Part shown: in pieces, positions 47,654 to 59,296 of the stretch
Layout: every line of letters starts with the position of its first letter
Numbering within the stretch: the stretch's first letter is position 1
Source: Anthoceros angustus
Lineage: Eukaryota; Plantae; Anthocerotophyta
Assembly (NCBI GenBank): GCA_010909165.1
Contig: VJWM01000106.1
Span: 124,001 to 188,000, forward strand
DNA length: 64,000 bases
Direction: 5' to 3'
Position numbers and translations under genes: made by a program
The notes under the pieces: generated by a model
Told to the model about the DNA's origin: nothing
Seen by the model: only the letters and a program-made list of their open reading frames with translations
Databases searched by the model: none

Positions 47654-50600
47654 ATGGCTGGCTTAGGACCATCTTTGGCGGTCTACTCCACCAGAGGTGC
47701 TGCCGCTGCGGTTGGGGATTGCGCAGGCCGAGCTTCCGGTGCAGATCACTCTTCTTCCCTGCAGCAGGGTGGGAGGCACCGGGAATGGGGTCCCCGTTTC
47801 CTGCGCATTGGGCCTGCCATGGCCGGCATCCGCCGGGAGCAATGGCGGGGGAATGGGGGCAGGGTTTGTGGTCCTGCAGCACTGGACTGCAGGAGGTGGC
47901 AGCGTGGGAGGAGGAGCCAGGAGCGGGTTCCGTTCTTGGATGTCTGTGATGGAAGCTTAAGACAGGAGAGCGTATGCTCGGGGGCAAGGTGGGTAAGTTA
48001 TGGCAGCTTGGAAGATAGTGCGGGAGCTGGGAAGCAGGGAGGGTATGCGGGGTCAGGTCGGGATGGGCATGGTGGGAAGAAGCAGAAGCAGGCGCAGACG
48101 CAGAAACTTCGTGTAGGGATCAGCAGCAGCGATATTGTGGGAGCGGCAGCTGCCACGGATGTGGAGCCAGGTGCAGGGTCGAAAGGGGTGTTCCCTGGAG
48201 GATTGAGGAGGGCGGAGGTGCAGATCCCGGGGCTCGTGTTGCGGGTGAAGGCGGAGGAGGTTGCAGAGGGGGATGGATCCGAGGCCCTGGCCTTGGTGAG
48301 CACGGCGGTCGCAAATGGGGTGACCATGGTGGTTCTGGAGGCTGGCACAGAGGGCGGTGCTGGAGGGGCCAGGCTGTACGAGGCGGCCCGGAGCTTGAAG
48401 GCCGCATTGCGGGGCAGGGCTATGTTGCTGGTTGCAGAGAGGGTTGACATCGCTGCTGCAGCCGGGGCCGATGGAGTGTTGCTGTCTGATCAAGGTGTAT
48501 TTTGTTTCTCTGCTCTGATTGAATGCAATGCAATGGTTCCCATGTGCCATGGCTGATGTGATCATGGTTCATGGATGGTCTGAATGCTGAGCAATGGTTC
48601 CCATGTGCCGTGGCTGATGTGATTGTGGGTCATGGATTGTGCAGGTCTGCCTGCCGTTGTGGCGAGGAGGATGATGCAGAGCAGCTTGCCGGAGACCATC
48701 GTGTCGGCTCCCCTCCCGGTGGTGGCCAGGCGGGTGGGGAGTGCAACCTCGGCTGTCTCGGCGACGGCGGACGAGGGGGCCGATTTGCTCATTCTGCAGC
48801 CTGGTGCCCCGGCTGCGGAGTCGCAGGATCTGGTAAGGGCTGTGGGTGACCGGGTGAGCATCCCGGTGTTTCTGGATGCGCCTGAGGGGTTGGAGTATCT
48901 CTTGGCCGGCGGGAATGGGCTGGTGCTCGACCTGGCGGATGCTCGGGAGTCCGGGAAGGGAGATGTGGGGGGATACATTGCCGGGTTGCAGCAGGATGTT
49001 GCCTCGGCCATCCAGCAGAGGATTCTGTGCTCTTCTGAGGAATTCGAGTGTGAGGTGTACGGCTCTGACGATGAAGGGGAAGGGAGGGCTGGAGGCAGAG
49101 TCTCTCCGCTGCAGGAGTCCCTGGATCGCCTGGCGGACCAGATCGTGGAGGAGGAACGGGAGCTTCTGACTGCTATGATCGACTTCGTCCGAGACGCTGC
49201 ACCGGAGATGGAGGAGGTGTCTCTGTTGGTGGATGCTCTGGCCCAGCTGGATGAGCTCTTCCTCCTTGTTGTGGTGGTGAGTGCCGGTTGCCTCATCGCT
49301 GGATTTGCAGGAATGTTGCTTGCTTCACCGTTGCCATGACAACATGTCCATCGCCCTTGCGAATTACAGGGAGAGTTCAACTCTGGGAAGTCCTCTGTCA
49401 TCAACGCTCTGCTTGGGAAGAAGTTTCTGAGAGAAGGGGTGCTGCCCACCACGAACGAGATCACTTTGCTCCGGCACTGTGGAGATTCCGAGGAGGCAAA
49501 GGAGAGATCGGAGCGACATCCTGATGGCCATTTCATGCAGTTCCTTCCCGCCCCTCTCTTAAAGCAGGTCAGGATCATGCATGGGCTAAAGCATTCAGAT
49601 GTTTGCTATGTTGTTTCTGTTTCCGGAAGTCAATCCTAACCATATCTGAAACAGAGCAGATGAATCTCGTGGACACGCCTGGCACCAACGTCATACTGCA
49701 GCGCCAACAGCGTCTCACTGAAGAATTCGTGCCACGCGCAGACCTGGTTCTCTTCGTCCTCTCAGCAGACAGGCCTTTCACTGAAAGTGAGGTCAGGTCG
49801 GCTGCCCACTACGTTGCTGCCATGGGTTCTTCAGCAGGCCTCCTGGGATCTATTCTCACATGCCATGCTTCCTCCACTCCCTGTTCCTGCTCAGGTGTCC
49901 TTCTTGAGATACATCCGGCAATGGGGGAAGAAGGTGATCTTCATCTTGAACAAGTCCGATGTCTTCAAAGTGCCTCAGGAGGTAAGCATTGGCATGCTTC
50001 CCTTCTCTTCCCATCCAGCAGCCAAGCCCTGTGCTCTGCACGCAGACCCTGTGTACCTGGCCTTGGCGTAACCAATTCACCTGACTGCAATTCTTCTACT
50101 TCCAGCTGGAGGAAGTGAAGAAGTTCGTGGCAGACAACGCCCAACGCTTTCTCAACATCGAGCGTGCCTTCGTGTACCCTGTCTCTGCACGGCGGGCAAT
50201 CAAAGCGAAGCTGGCTGCCTCCACCGACGGGGTGATCGATGAAGCAGTCCTGTTCGAAGACAAAGACTGGAAAGTCAGTGGCTTCGACGATCTAGAGAGC
50301 TTCATCCTCGGGTTCATGGGCGGTTCTACAGACGCTGGGGCCGAGAGGATCAGGCTGAAGCTTGACACGCCCTTGGGGATCGGCCTGGCTCTGCTTGCTG
50401 CCTGCGAGAGACAGCTCACAGCTGAGAAGACGAAAGCAGAGGCAGATCTGCAAACTTTGAACAGGGTGGAAGATCAGGTGCAGCGATACGAGGAGGCTCT
50501 GCAGAGCACTGCTATCCTGCAGCGTCAGCGCACCACTGGCTTGGTATGCATCCTCGCGCCCTGCCTCACCCTGTTGCCATGCACAGGATCTGCCTTCACA

Positions 50601-51744
50601 CTCATGCTCTGGCTCATACTTGTCAGTTAGCTTGCAGGTACAAGCTGCAAAAGACCGGGCTGACAGATTCGTCGAGGACGTCCTCCGGTTGTCTAACGTT
50701 GAGGTGGTCGCCAAGTACGTTGTTGGATCAGATCGGACGCAGTCTTTGCCCGTTGCGGCTGAGTTTGACCGGAAGGTTCTGGGTTCGGCTTACGCAGATG
50801 CAAAGGTAGCTGCTGAATGTTGCTGGCCTGGCGAGTGCGTTGTTTGTCATGGGTTCAGTGTTGGTCCATGTCACGCAGTTGAGCCTGCAACCTGTCATGG
50901 ATTTGGACATGTCAGGTCTCTCTGGAGGAGCATGCTGCATGGTTAGAGGCAAACAATGAGCGGCAACTCAAGAGCTACATCCAAGTGATGAGAAGCCGGT
51001 GGCCCGACTTGCATCCCGCTGCTGATGCGATGGGTGCACAGGAGTTGGTGGAATCTGCCGACAAGACGGCTGTCCTGGAACCCAACACGAGCATGGGAGT
51101 GCTGAAAGAGTTCGACACCAAGGCTGCCCTCATCTTGTTAGAGCAAGAAATGCGGGAAGTGGTGAGCAACAAGAGCTGGGTCTGTCTGGCGTGACTTGGA
51201 GCAGCAATGCAATCCCTCTGATAACTGGACATGGCTGCAGGTAATGGGTACCGTGGGTGGACTCGGCGCCGCAGGCTTGTCGGCGTCTGTTCTAACGACC
51301 ATACTGCCAACAACCTTGGAAGATCTCATTGCCTTGGGGCTGTGCTCTGCAGGAGGGTAAGCTGGCTTTCAAATGGGTCGCATCTCAGCGACGGAATAGA
51401 GACTCTGCATTGAAAGGAGTTCCCTCTTGAGTTCAAATCACTGAACTGAGCACGTGCTGCGCAGATTGGTTGGAGTTTTAAACCTGCCTCTACGGCGTGC
51501 TGACGTGAAGAAGAAAGTGACTCAGGTTGCAGACTCTTTAGCGCGCCAGTTGGATGCAGCGATGCAGACAGACCTGCTGGAGGCAATCAGCAGGGTCCGG
51601 GCAGAAGTGGGTCAGGTGGTAACTCCTTACCGAAATGCTGCCCAGCTTGAATCTGAGCGCGTTACCGCCCTTCAAGCCCGGCTGCAGGAGCTTGACAACA
51701 GGTTGCGATTGGTGAGGATCCGGGTTCAGAATCTTGGAGTCTAA
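47654..51744 (+). CDS. FZL: FZO-like chloroplast dynamin-family GTPase, multi-exon
   Basis: ATG in gcagccATGG context. TMP-TENI-like region (ERVDIAAAAGADGVLLSDQG|LPAVVARRMM). G1 GEFNSGKS (from 49370), GVLPTTNEIT, LVDTPGTNVILQRQQRLTEEFVPRADL, LNKSD, SVLTTILPTTLEDL. Canonical short introns (e.g. 48495-48644, 49277-49369). Stop at 51744. Confidence 0.95.
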
Positions 51745-51899
51745 ATCTTTGAAGGTGTAGGCCACCCTTGTTTCTATTAGAGTTATCCGCGCAGGGAGGG
51801 TCAGCAATGTACCCAACGGAAGGCTCGTCACAGATCCGCTGTACGTCATGTCTTCCACATGGAATGACATTGATTAATAAATTGGGGAGTTGGAGATGC

Positions 51900-54800
51900 T
51901 CACTCCTCAGAAAGGTCAAAGGCCTCTTCTGCCGCTGCTAGGAACAGCTCTGCCAGCTCTTTCTGACCCATCCTGTATATAATACATGAGCGCTTGTTGG
52001 CTGACAGCAAGTTGCTCTCCATCGTTGCTGGCGCCATGTGAGTGCTGCTCAGGCATAAACAACATATTAGCTGCCACTACATAGGGGAGCGGAAATTAGA
52101 ACCGTGCAGTAAATTTGACCTTAGCGTAAACTGGGCAATACGGTCTTTCTCCAGTAGTCCAGCATCCATTTGGCGAGTGCCAGTGCCTTCATCCAATCCG
52201 AACTTTCTGCAAGGCAAAACAAAGCGGATGAGTGACACTACAAGATCCTGTGAGTTAGTACCACGATCAGCGATGAATGCAGCTGGTTATGATCTTACAA
52301 AGATATTAACAGATCTATCAGAAGCTTGTAAGCCCCTGCATCTCCACAAACCTCCCACACAGCTGCAGATATGTCCTCCTTCGTGGGTTGTCTCACACGA
52401 CCGGAATCAGTCAGCTGTGAAAGTGCATCATGCAAACAATAGGACTTCAGTTTGGAACCCAAACGGTATCATAACCCCAAAAATGGAGCAGATTCACAGC
52501 AAAGACTAAAAGTTCTGTAGTACCTGATCAAGCAATGCCATAGTTTCGAGATATTGACTTTCCGTCATGGCAAGGGTGCGCAACGCTGCAAGAACAGGTT
52601 CAGGAAAGGTCTGATACGTATGTCGAGGCCGCTTCCGGTTCCCACTCCAACTGTAGCCACTGGAAGGTGTAGTAGATTCTGGCTCCACATCGGGCACAGA
52701 GCTACCGTCTCCATTCTGAGATTTCCTCAGGAACCCAATCTTCAACAACGATACACTTAGCAACCAACGTAGTTCAAGACCCTGAATGGAAGAAAGAGCA
52801 AGTCTTGTTCAGGCTTGGGCACATCAGGTTAAATGTAACTTCCCGAACACTGTGTCCTGGAGATGGCAATGCAACCACCAGGAAATCCCGAACTGTGAAG
52901 GTCAGCAAACACATGATCTGAGACAAATGAGAACCTGTGCGGCGAGAAACCGGAGCTTTTCCTCGGCACAAGGTGACTGCTCCAGCAACCTTCTGGGAAA
53001 ATGCACCTGCAAATCCAAAAGTGAAGAGCAGTTGCAAGAGCACTTAGATTTTTTTTTTCAGCGACACCGACCACTTAGGTTTTGGTCCACCTAGGATGTA
53101 CACACTTGCAAACCAGTCATTTTTTTCTTCAACAAGGAGTATCATTACTGAGGTTACATCTACTAACCATGATGAAGTCATCCGGATTGTCGTCCAAGAC
53201 AAAGCCATAGAGAAACAGCAGCTCCTGAAAACAACACTTTGTGAGTCCGCGAGAGGACATGGGGAAAGAGAGTATTGCAGAGTAACCACCATAGCAGCAT
53301 TTCAATAAAAGACATGCCCAGGGATTAGTCCGTTGTCCACTGCAAAGAGATGACGACAAAGACTTACCTCGTTCCCTTTGTTCCCATATTTGATACGAAT
53401 CTCCTTGTTTGGATCATGTTTGTAACCTGGCACTGCATTTAAAGCAGAAGTAAGCGGTTGAGGTGGCAAGCACCATTGCCCTGCCCCAGGAAACAACTAG
53501 GACATGGCTTAAGGGCAAACTGCTTGAAAATGGCCAAGAGAATACGCACATGTGGTCAGGAACATGGACCAAGGAACATTTGTGCTAGTCCCCTCACTGT
53601 TGTCCACTTCCCACAATGTAGTAGCCCTGATATCTGCATGGTTGACGAGACGATGGTGGAAATTCAAGGCAGAAGCCAGGATTTCCAAATCATTGCATCC
53701 AATCCAAAGTGTTATAATGTCCCTACCATGATTGCAGAAGTCGATGCCTGGAACAAGCCCCTCAACATGAACTACGAGTTCTGTGCCATCCGATGCAGCC
53801 ATCTCCTTGTGTGGAACATTTTTCACACCCGATGCAGCCGTCTCCTTGCGTGCAACTTGTTTTGCACGGGTTTTTCTGCTGCTGGGCATACCTCCATTGG
53901 GCATATCTCCATTGTGCATATCTCCGTCGGGTATACCTCCTTCAGTTGCTTCACTTGCAGGGTCATCATCTAAGGAACTTGCAGGGTCATCATCTGAGGA
54001 GCCTGAAGCAGGTGCTTGTGTACTCGGTGCTCTTGGTGCCGTCGGAAAGACGTAGGGGTGTGGGCAAGGAATACTCAGAGCACGTGTCCAGAAGGCGCAA
54101 TTTGCCCTGACAGTCAACATGAAAGCACATACGAGATAAGCTTCAAACAATGTCTCGTCATATTGAAAAAATTGGCCCATGCTTAAGCTGCTATCCGTGG
54201 TTTTCACAAACCCTTGACAAATCATGGAAGTGGCATCCAGGGGGTAGTATCCAAAGCTTACCAGACAAAATCTTCAAACGCAACTGTCCTGAAAGATTGA
54301 CGAACCATCAAGACTTAGCGACAAGCCTTGACCATAGGTGCTCACAACAATGCACAATCACGCTTTTCCTTAGACTGACTATCCATGACAGAAACCTCAG
54401 AAAGAACAGCTTGGACATGAGAGCCTGCAGTAAGGCAAGATGTTGCAGCCGACTGCAAGGAGGGAGCTTTGCACCACCTGTCAGATATGCCTGCTAATGA
54501 GAAAAACCTTTCAGCTAAAGGTGTAACCCTGTCATCGAACACCCTCCTGAGAGACTTCACCTGCAGATTGAAAGCAGCATCAGATGACACTCGCTCGTTC
54601 ATGGCTCAATGTCTTCAGCGCTGTGATGGTCCTACCGACACCGAGACTGACCTGTGCTTCTGTGGCTGAAAACAGAGCAGTTCCTCTCAACTCCAGTAGT
54701 TCTTCCGGAGAGTAGAATACAGGATTACCAAATTTAACTGGAAATATGTCAAGATAGCTGTGATAAAGCTTAAGGGAGTGTCACCATCATCAACCTTAGA

Positions 54801-55607
54801 GACAGGCAGCCACCAACACTTCCACCATCCTCTAGCCCAGCGTCAAGAACACCGACCAGGCAGCTGAACCCTGGACTAAAGGATACGGTGCCCAGAAGGA
54901 CGAACTCCCTCTCGCTTTTTCCACGATCAAAAAAAGCATAATTAACAACCTATCATCAACGTCTCCATTTTCAAACAGCTTCATGTACTCCTCTCCCAGT
55001 AAAGGGTCTTTCAGGATAGTGACAGGTGAAATTGCCAACTGCAACGGGGTCACCAGATGGATGCCTGCAACATTTGGCAATTTAGCAGCAACGCCCACAA
55101 AATACCCCAAGAATCCCAGAAAAAGAGCAAGCCAACAGACCTTCAGCACCCTGGGAGGAGGCAAACATGCCATAGCCCTGATGCTGTTCCTCTCTGCAAT
55201 ACTTGATGTGACAATTGATAAACTGGCCTCCATTCACCTTCCAAAGACATCAAACAGCATAGAGCATTTCAATTACAGACTTCCAAGAGTTAGTACAGCT
55301 ATGAATGGCATCAGCCATCCACGTTCAACACAGGGAAAATATGTACGGCCCCTCCACTGAGCTGAAACAGACAGTGCAGAAGCATTACTTGCATCCACTC
55401 CAGGAAACGCTGCAGACAAGCTTCGTCAAGCCGCTCTAAGCTAACTAGAGATTCTGGAGCTCCTGAATCAACCGACAATGGCTCGTTTCCTCCCTCCCCG
55501 CAGGAGATATCCCCATCATGCGGCAAGCTGTCGGGCACTTCCACAACCGACTCTTCGAATAGTCTTGCCGCCTCTGCAGCAGGTGGCTGCCCACTGTCCG
55601 AAGCCAT
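51900..55607 (-). CDS. SET-domain protein, Rubisco-LSMT-like class, multi-exon
   Basis: Exons give LQRFLEWMQ, VDDRLLIMLFLIVEKARGSSSFWAPY, WTRALSIPCP, VEGLVPGIDFCNH, IKYGNKGNE|ELLFLYGFVLDDNPDD, and end at CIIYRMGQKELAELFL...SEE*. Confidence 0.9.
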
Positions 55608-55787
55608 CCCAGATACTCATCAACAGCACCGTCCTGTGTACAGCCTTTACTGCTCAGAGTATGGTCGAATAAGTTATAACGTTTTCGATTTCTCTGTGAA
55701 TTTGGCGGCCAAACTTGAATCCGTTTGCCCTACTGCGTCCATCGGTCCGCTACAAAGCCCGAACCGCGGACACCGCTCAGTCTCGTC

Positions 55788-56638
55788 ATGGCTGTCCGCG
55801 TGTCGGGGCTGCGCCTCCTGCAACCTTGGGGTTTCCGCGTGAGGGTTTTCTCTGCGTCCAGTGGTAGAGCTCGTGCTGCTGAAGTCCCGGCGGCTGGTAT
55901 TGAGTGTGCCGTGTGATGCCGTTTGTTTGTTCAAGAAGTTCTGTTTGTGCTCAAGGCGTCGAATGGCTGTGGCTGCAGAAATTGGGCTGCGAGACTTTTT
56001 GAGTGCTGTGGGAAGGGGCGTGGAGGCACATGCAGACAAGATCGAGAAGGAGGTCGGCGGAATCAAAGAGCTGTTGCTCATGAGATCGGGGATTTTGAAG
56101 AAGATCAGCGTTCCTTGCAAACAGGTGAGCTCTGCTGATACCGTCGTTGAAGACGTCGTTGTGTAGAACAGATTTGCGTTTTCTGCTGTGTCACCCTCAC
56201 CGGAGAGGAGGATGATGATATACATGTTTCCAACACTTGGACTGAAGTGTGTTCTCATGAGGACAAAACATGCTGCGTTCTTTCTGACTCCTCTTCCGGT
56301 CTGAGCTTGTGTGCACCTATCCTCAAGTTTTAGTGTAGCCCTCTCTTTCGTCCCCCGAGTTTGTTCTGAGGAGAGTGATGAGCAATTTTTTTTCAACACT
56401 TGGGCTGAAATTCTGGTGAAGAAAACACTGCTGCGTTCTTTCTGACTCCTCAGAACTTCGGGTTTGTCTGGCTGTAGTTTCCGAGACAATTATTCGTTGC
56501 GGCTGCTAGGGTGAGCAGAATTTTCTGACCCTGAACGCCTTTTACTCTTCACAGAGAAAGCTGATTTTGCGGTACACGGAAAAATACCGTCAAGGCGTTT
56601 GGAGACCTCGTAAAATGGCAACCAGCCCACCTGCTTGA
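55788..56638 (+). CDS. IGR-motif protein (mitochondrial ribosomal mS41/Fyv4-like), exons 55788-55863, 55979-56124, 56555-56638
   Basis: Spliced in frame: basic presequence MAVRVSGLRLLQPWGFR...EIGLRDFLSAVGRGVEAHADKIE...LKKISVPCKQ|RKLILRYTEKYRQGVWRP. Confidence 0.88.
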
Positions 56639-57368
56639 ATCACATCTGCTTGAGCTTATGCCTCACATCTGCTTGAACGTCATATGTATGGAATCACGTC
56701 TGCCAGAGCTTCGTAAGCAAGAACCCTCGGTAAGCTGAATCTAGTCTTGAACGAGGACCGAGTTTGAGAGATTTCACTGCCCCCAAGAGTTAAAGGGAGG
56801 GCACTTATCTGCCCGACCTTCGGTCATTCCAAACATTTGCCGCACACAAAGGCTTTGTAGAGCCATTTAAAATCCACGCAAAAATCTAGGGCCAGACCAA
56901 GCACTACACTGACAGTTGCAACCAGCAGTTGATACTCTGTCGATCTTGTTAAGACAGGAACCTCAGTAACTAAAGACAAACCAGTGCACAATGAATCGAG
57001 GATTTCACACTCTTCAAGCAGGAGTTTTTCAGGATCATTTTCATGCCCCTCCTGGGAAGGACACTGCAGAGTAGGAACTTATACCATGTGGGTGCAGTTC
57101 CTGTCGGACAACTAGGGAAATGAAGCATCAGCGTGCCGTAGGGGAATTATGTGGGCTCTGATTAGAAGCATCTAATAACTGCGTATTATAGGCACGGTGA
57201 GCATACCTGTAGGAACAAGTCTGTCCAATCCACTGCAATCCATCCTGGCATTAACCAGCAGCTTGGACTGATTGCTTGCGGGCAGGAACAAAATCCGATC
57301 GTTTGCACACGACTAAAACCAAAAGTGACAAAACCAGTTCTCCATCGAAGTGGAATTGTTTTACTTAC

Positions 57369-57441
57369 TGGAGATGCGGGGTATCGATCCCCGTACCTCT
57401 CGCATGCTAAGCGAGCGCTCTACCATCTGAGCTACATCCCC
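57369..57441 (-). tRNA. tRNA-Ala (anticodon AGC)
   Basis: GGGGATGTAGCTCAGATGGTAGAGCGCTCGCTTAGCATGCGAGAGGTACGGGGATCGATACCCCGCATCTCCA, 73 nt, canonical cloverleaf. Confidence 0.97.
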
Positions 57442-57575
57442 TTTTGGCTGCCGTTTCCTGTACCTCTTACATCCTAACCAAGCCTTTACATTTCTAAAAA
57501 CCGTAAACCTTTTGAGAGATCAAAAGTAATACCACACATCCATCCTTAGTGGACTTAAATAAATTCTTCTTCTTC

Positions 57576-58595
57576 CTCTTCATTGTCGGCTATGTATGCG
57601 ACCGAGTTTTGGGGAGCCTATTTCTCATTCGACTACTAGCACAAGGTGGAGGAGGTTCAGACGTCCTTTCTTCAGCCCCACATTGCATGTAAGAAGTCTG
57701 TCCCCTTGCCATCTTTCTTACAGAGTTTGCCACTTTCCCACTTGAACTTGAGGGTTTATTTTGCCCAACCAACTTCCTATACCACCTTTATTCTTTAGAA
57801 GAAGCTCAGTCTAATCACCCCACCTTCACTCCCTCATACCTCCTTCTTGCATTCCAGTCATCCCGGAAGTTAACCTCCTTAGGAAACAAGACTTGCAGGT
57901 ATGCCAAGTCTTCTTCCTGGCTCCAGAAATTTAGATTCTGTCCCGAGAGTCTTCCAGCCCACTCCCTCTTTCAGTTTCTTCCCCCTCCCCCGAATAAGTC
58001 CATCCTCTTTGAACTGCAAACTACTTATTTTTCTTAGGGTCTCCTATCTCTCCCTTACCCACTAAGTTGGAAACTTACAAACAACTTTTTCGTATCCTCT
58101 CCAACTCTGGGAAACCAATACTTCCTTTCAGAAATCTTCGCACCCGTGTGTCCTTCAAGTTTAGGATGATTATGGGTCATCTTCGGGTGAGGTCCCACCA
58201 TCTTAGGGTTGAGACTGATAGATGGCTGCGTCCAAAGCCAGCTAATGGCTGCGTCCAAAGCCACCTAAGGAGACTCGAATATGCAGGTTATGCAACAAGG
58301 ATGTTGAGAACGAGAAACACTTTGTTTTCCTCTGTCCCATATATGAAGATATCAAGCATACATTTATCAATCTATTTACAATAGCTCACTCAAGGGTTTT
58401 TTCAATTTTCTTGTCCCTATTATTGTAGGAGTTTGCTTGAAACAAATGTGGGAATGAGGACCAACCAAATTCAACTTCCAAATTCAACTTCTATTTGATT
58501 ATGCTTCACAGCACTAGTCTCTAGGCCAGATTCAGAATACAGTTAATTTTCATCATGCATCTCTATAGATCAGTCCAATGAAATTCTTCTTCTTC
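57576..58595 (+). mobile_element. 5'-truncated LINE remnant (RTEX-like C-terminus) with (TTC)n tail
   Basis: KFRM...HHLRVETDRW...RICRLCNKDVENEKHFVFLCPIY CCHC finger. Bounded by aaattcttcttcttc at 57561-57575 and 58581-58595. Confidence 0.7.
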
Positions 58596-59296
58596 TTCAC
58601 TTGGATGACAAACGAAATTTGAGGACCACCGCCGTGGCTTCATCTGATAAGGAGATGGGGACCCGGATAGAACACTTTTCTACCAGGACATTGTCTAGAT
58701 GTAACATGAATGGTAATCAGAGGAACACCTTCTATAGCTGGCAAATTGACCTAGACGGAGGCGCAAGGGACACTCTATGTTCCTCTGTGGGCTAGTACCT
58801 GGTCAGCTGGCATTGGCATTGAGCTTACATGATCAAGCTGCCAATTATGCACCGTGACCAGGACACCAACTTAAGCTGCATAGGTCGGGAGTCTGACCCA
58901 AGGGCTCGCCAGCGGCATTCCTGGAGGTAAACTGAAGTCTTGCTGCAATCTGCTGTGTCCTTCCCGACCCGATTCGCAGCCGTGCACTAGACAGGAGGAG
59001 GTGTAGATCAGCATGAGATCATGAGCTCATAACTGCTTACCGGCATGGAGCTTCCTGCCCTACTGAGAATTCGGGCATGGATACCCTGCAGACGTGTCCA
59101 AAGCTACTCGTCCCCTTCGCCACGATGGGAACCAGGGTCGTTTAGAGGTCAAATGTTACTCCGTTGCCAAGCCTGTTAGCGCACGTTCTTGCAGTACTGT
59201 ACCTTTCGATCTTGCTGGATGGGGATAGGGTGGGCATCTTCTTCGTCTTCTTCTTCTTCTTCTACCGGGTGAATTTCTGGAGGATTCTCAAGTCGG

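Noticed and set aside
48521-48638. ~60-bp direct repeat in FZL intron 1
   Set aside because: Real, but an ordinary local duplication with no evident function.
48562-49578. 338-aa minus-strand ORF
   Set aside because: Antisense shadow of FZL exons.
55674-56489. 271-aa minus-strand ORF
   Set aside because: Antisense to the spliced IGR gene, with no recognisable motifs.
58800-59296. DYW deaminase domain downstream of the PPR
   Set aside because: No HxE or CxxC motif was seen in the frames examined.
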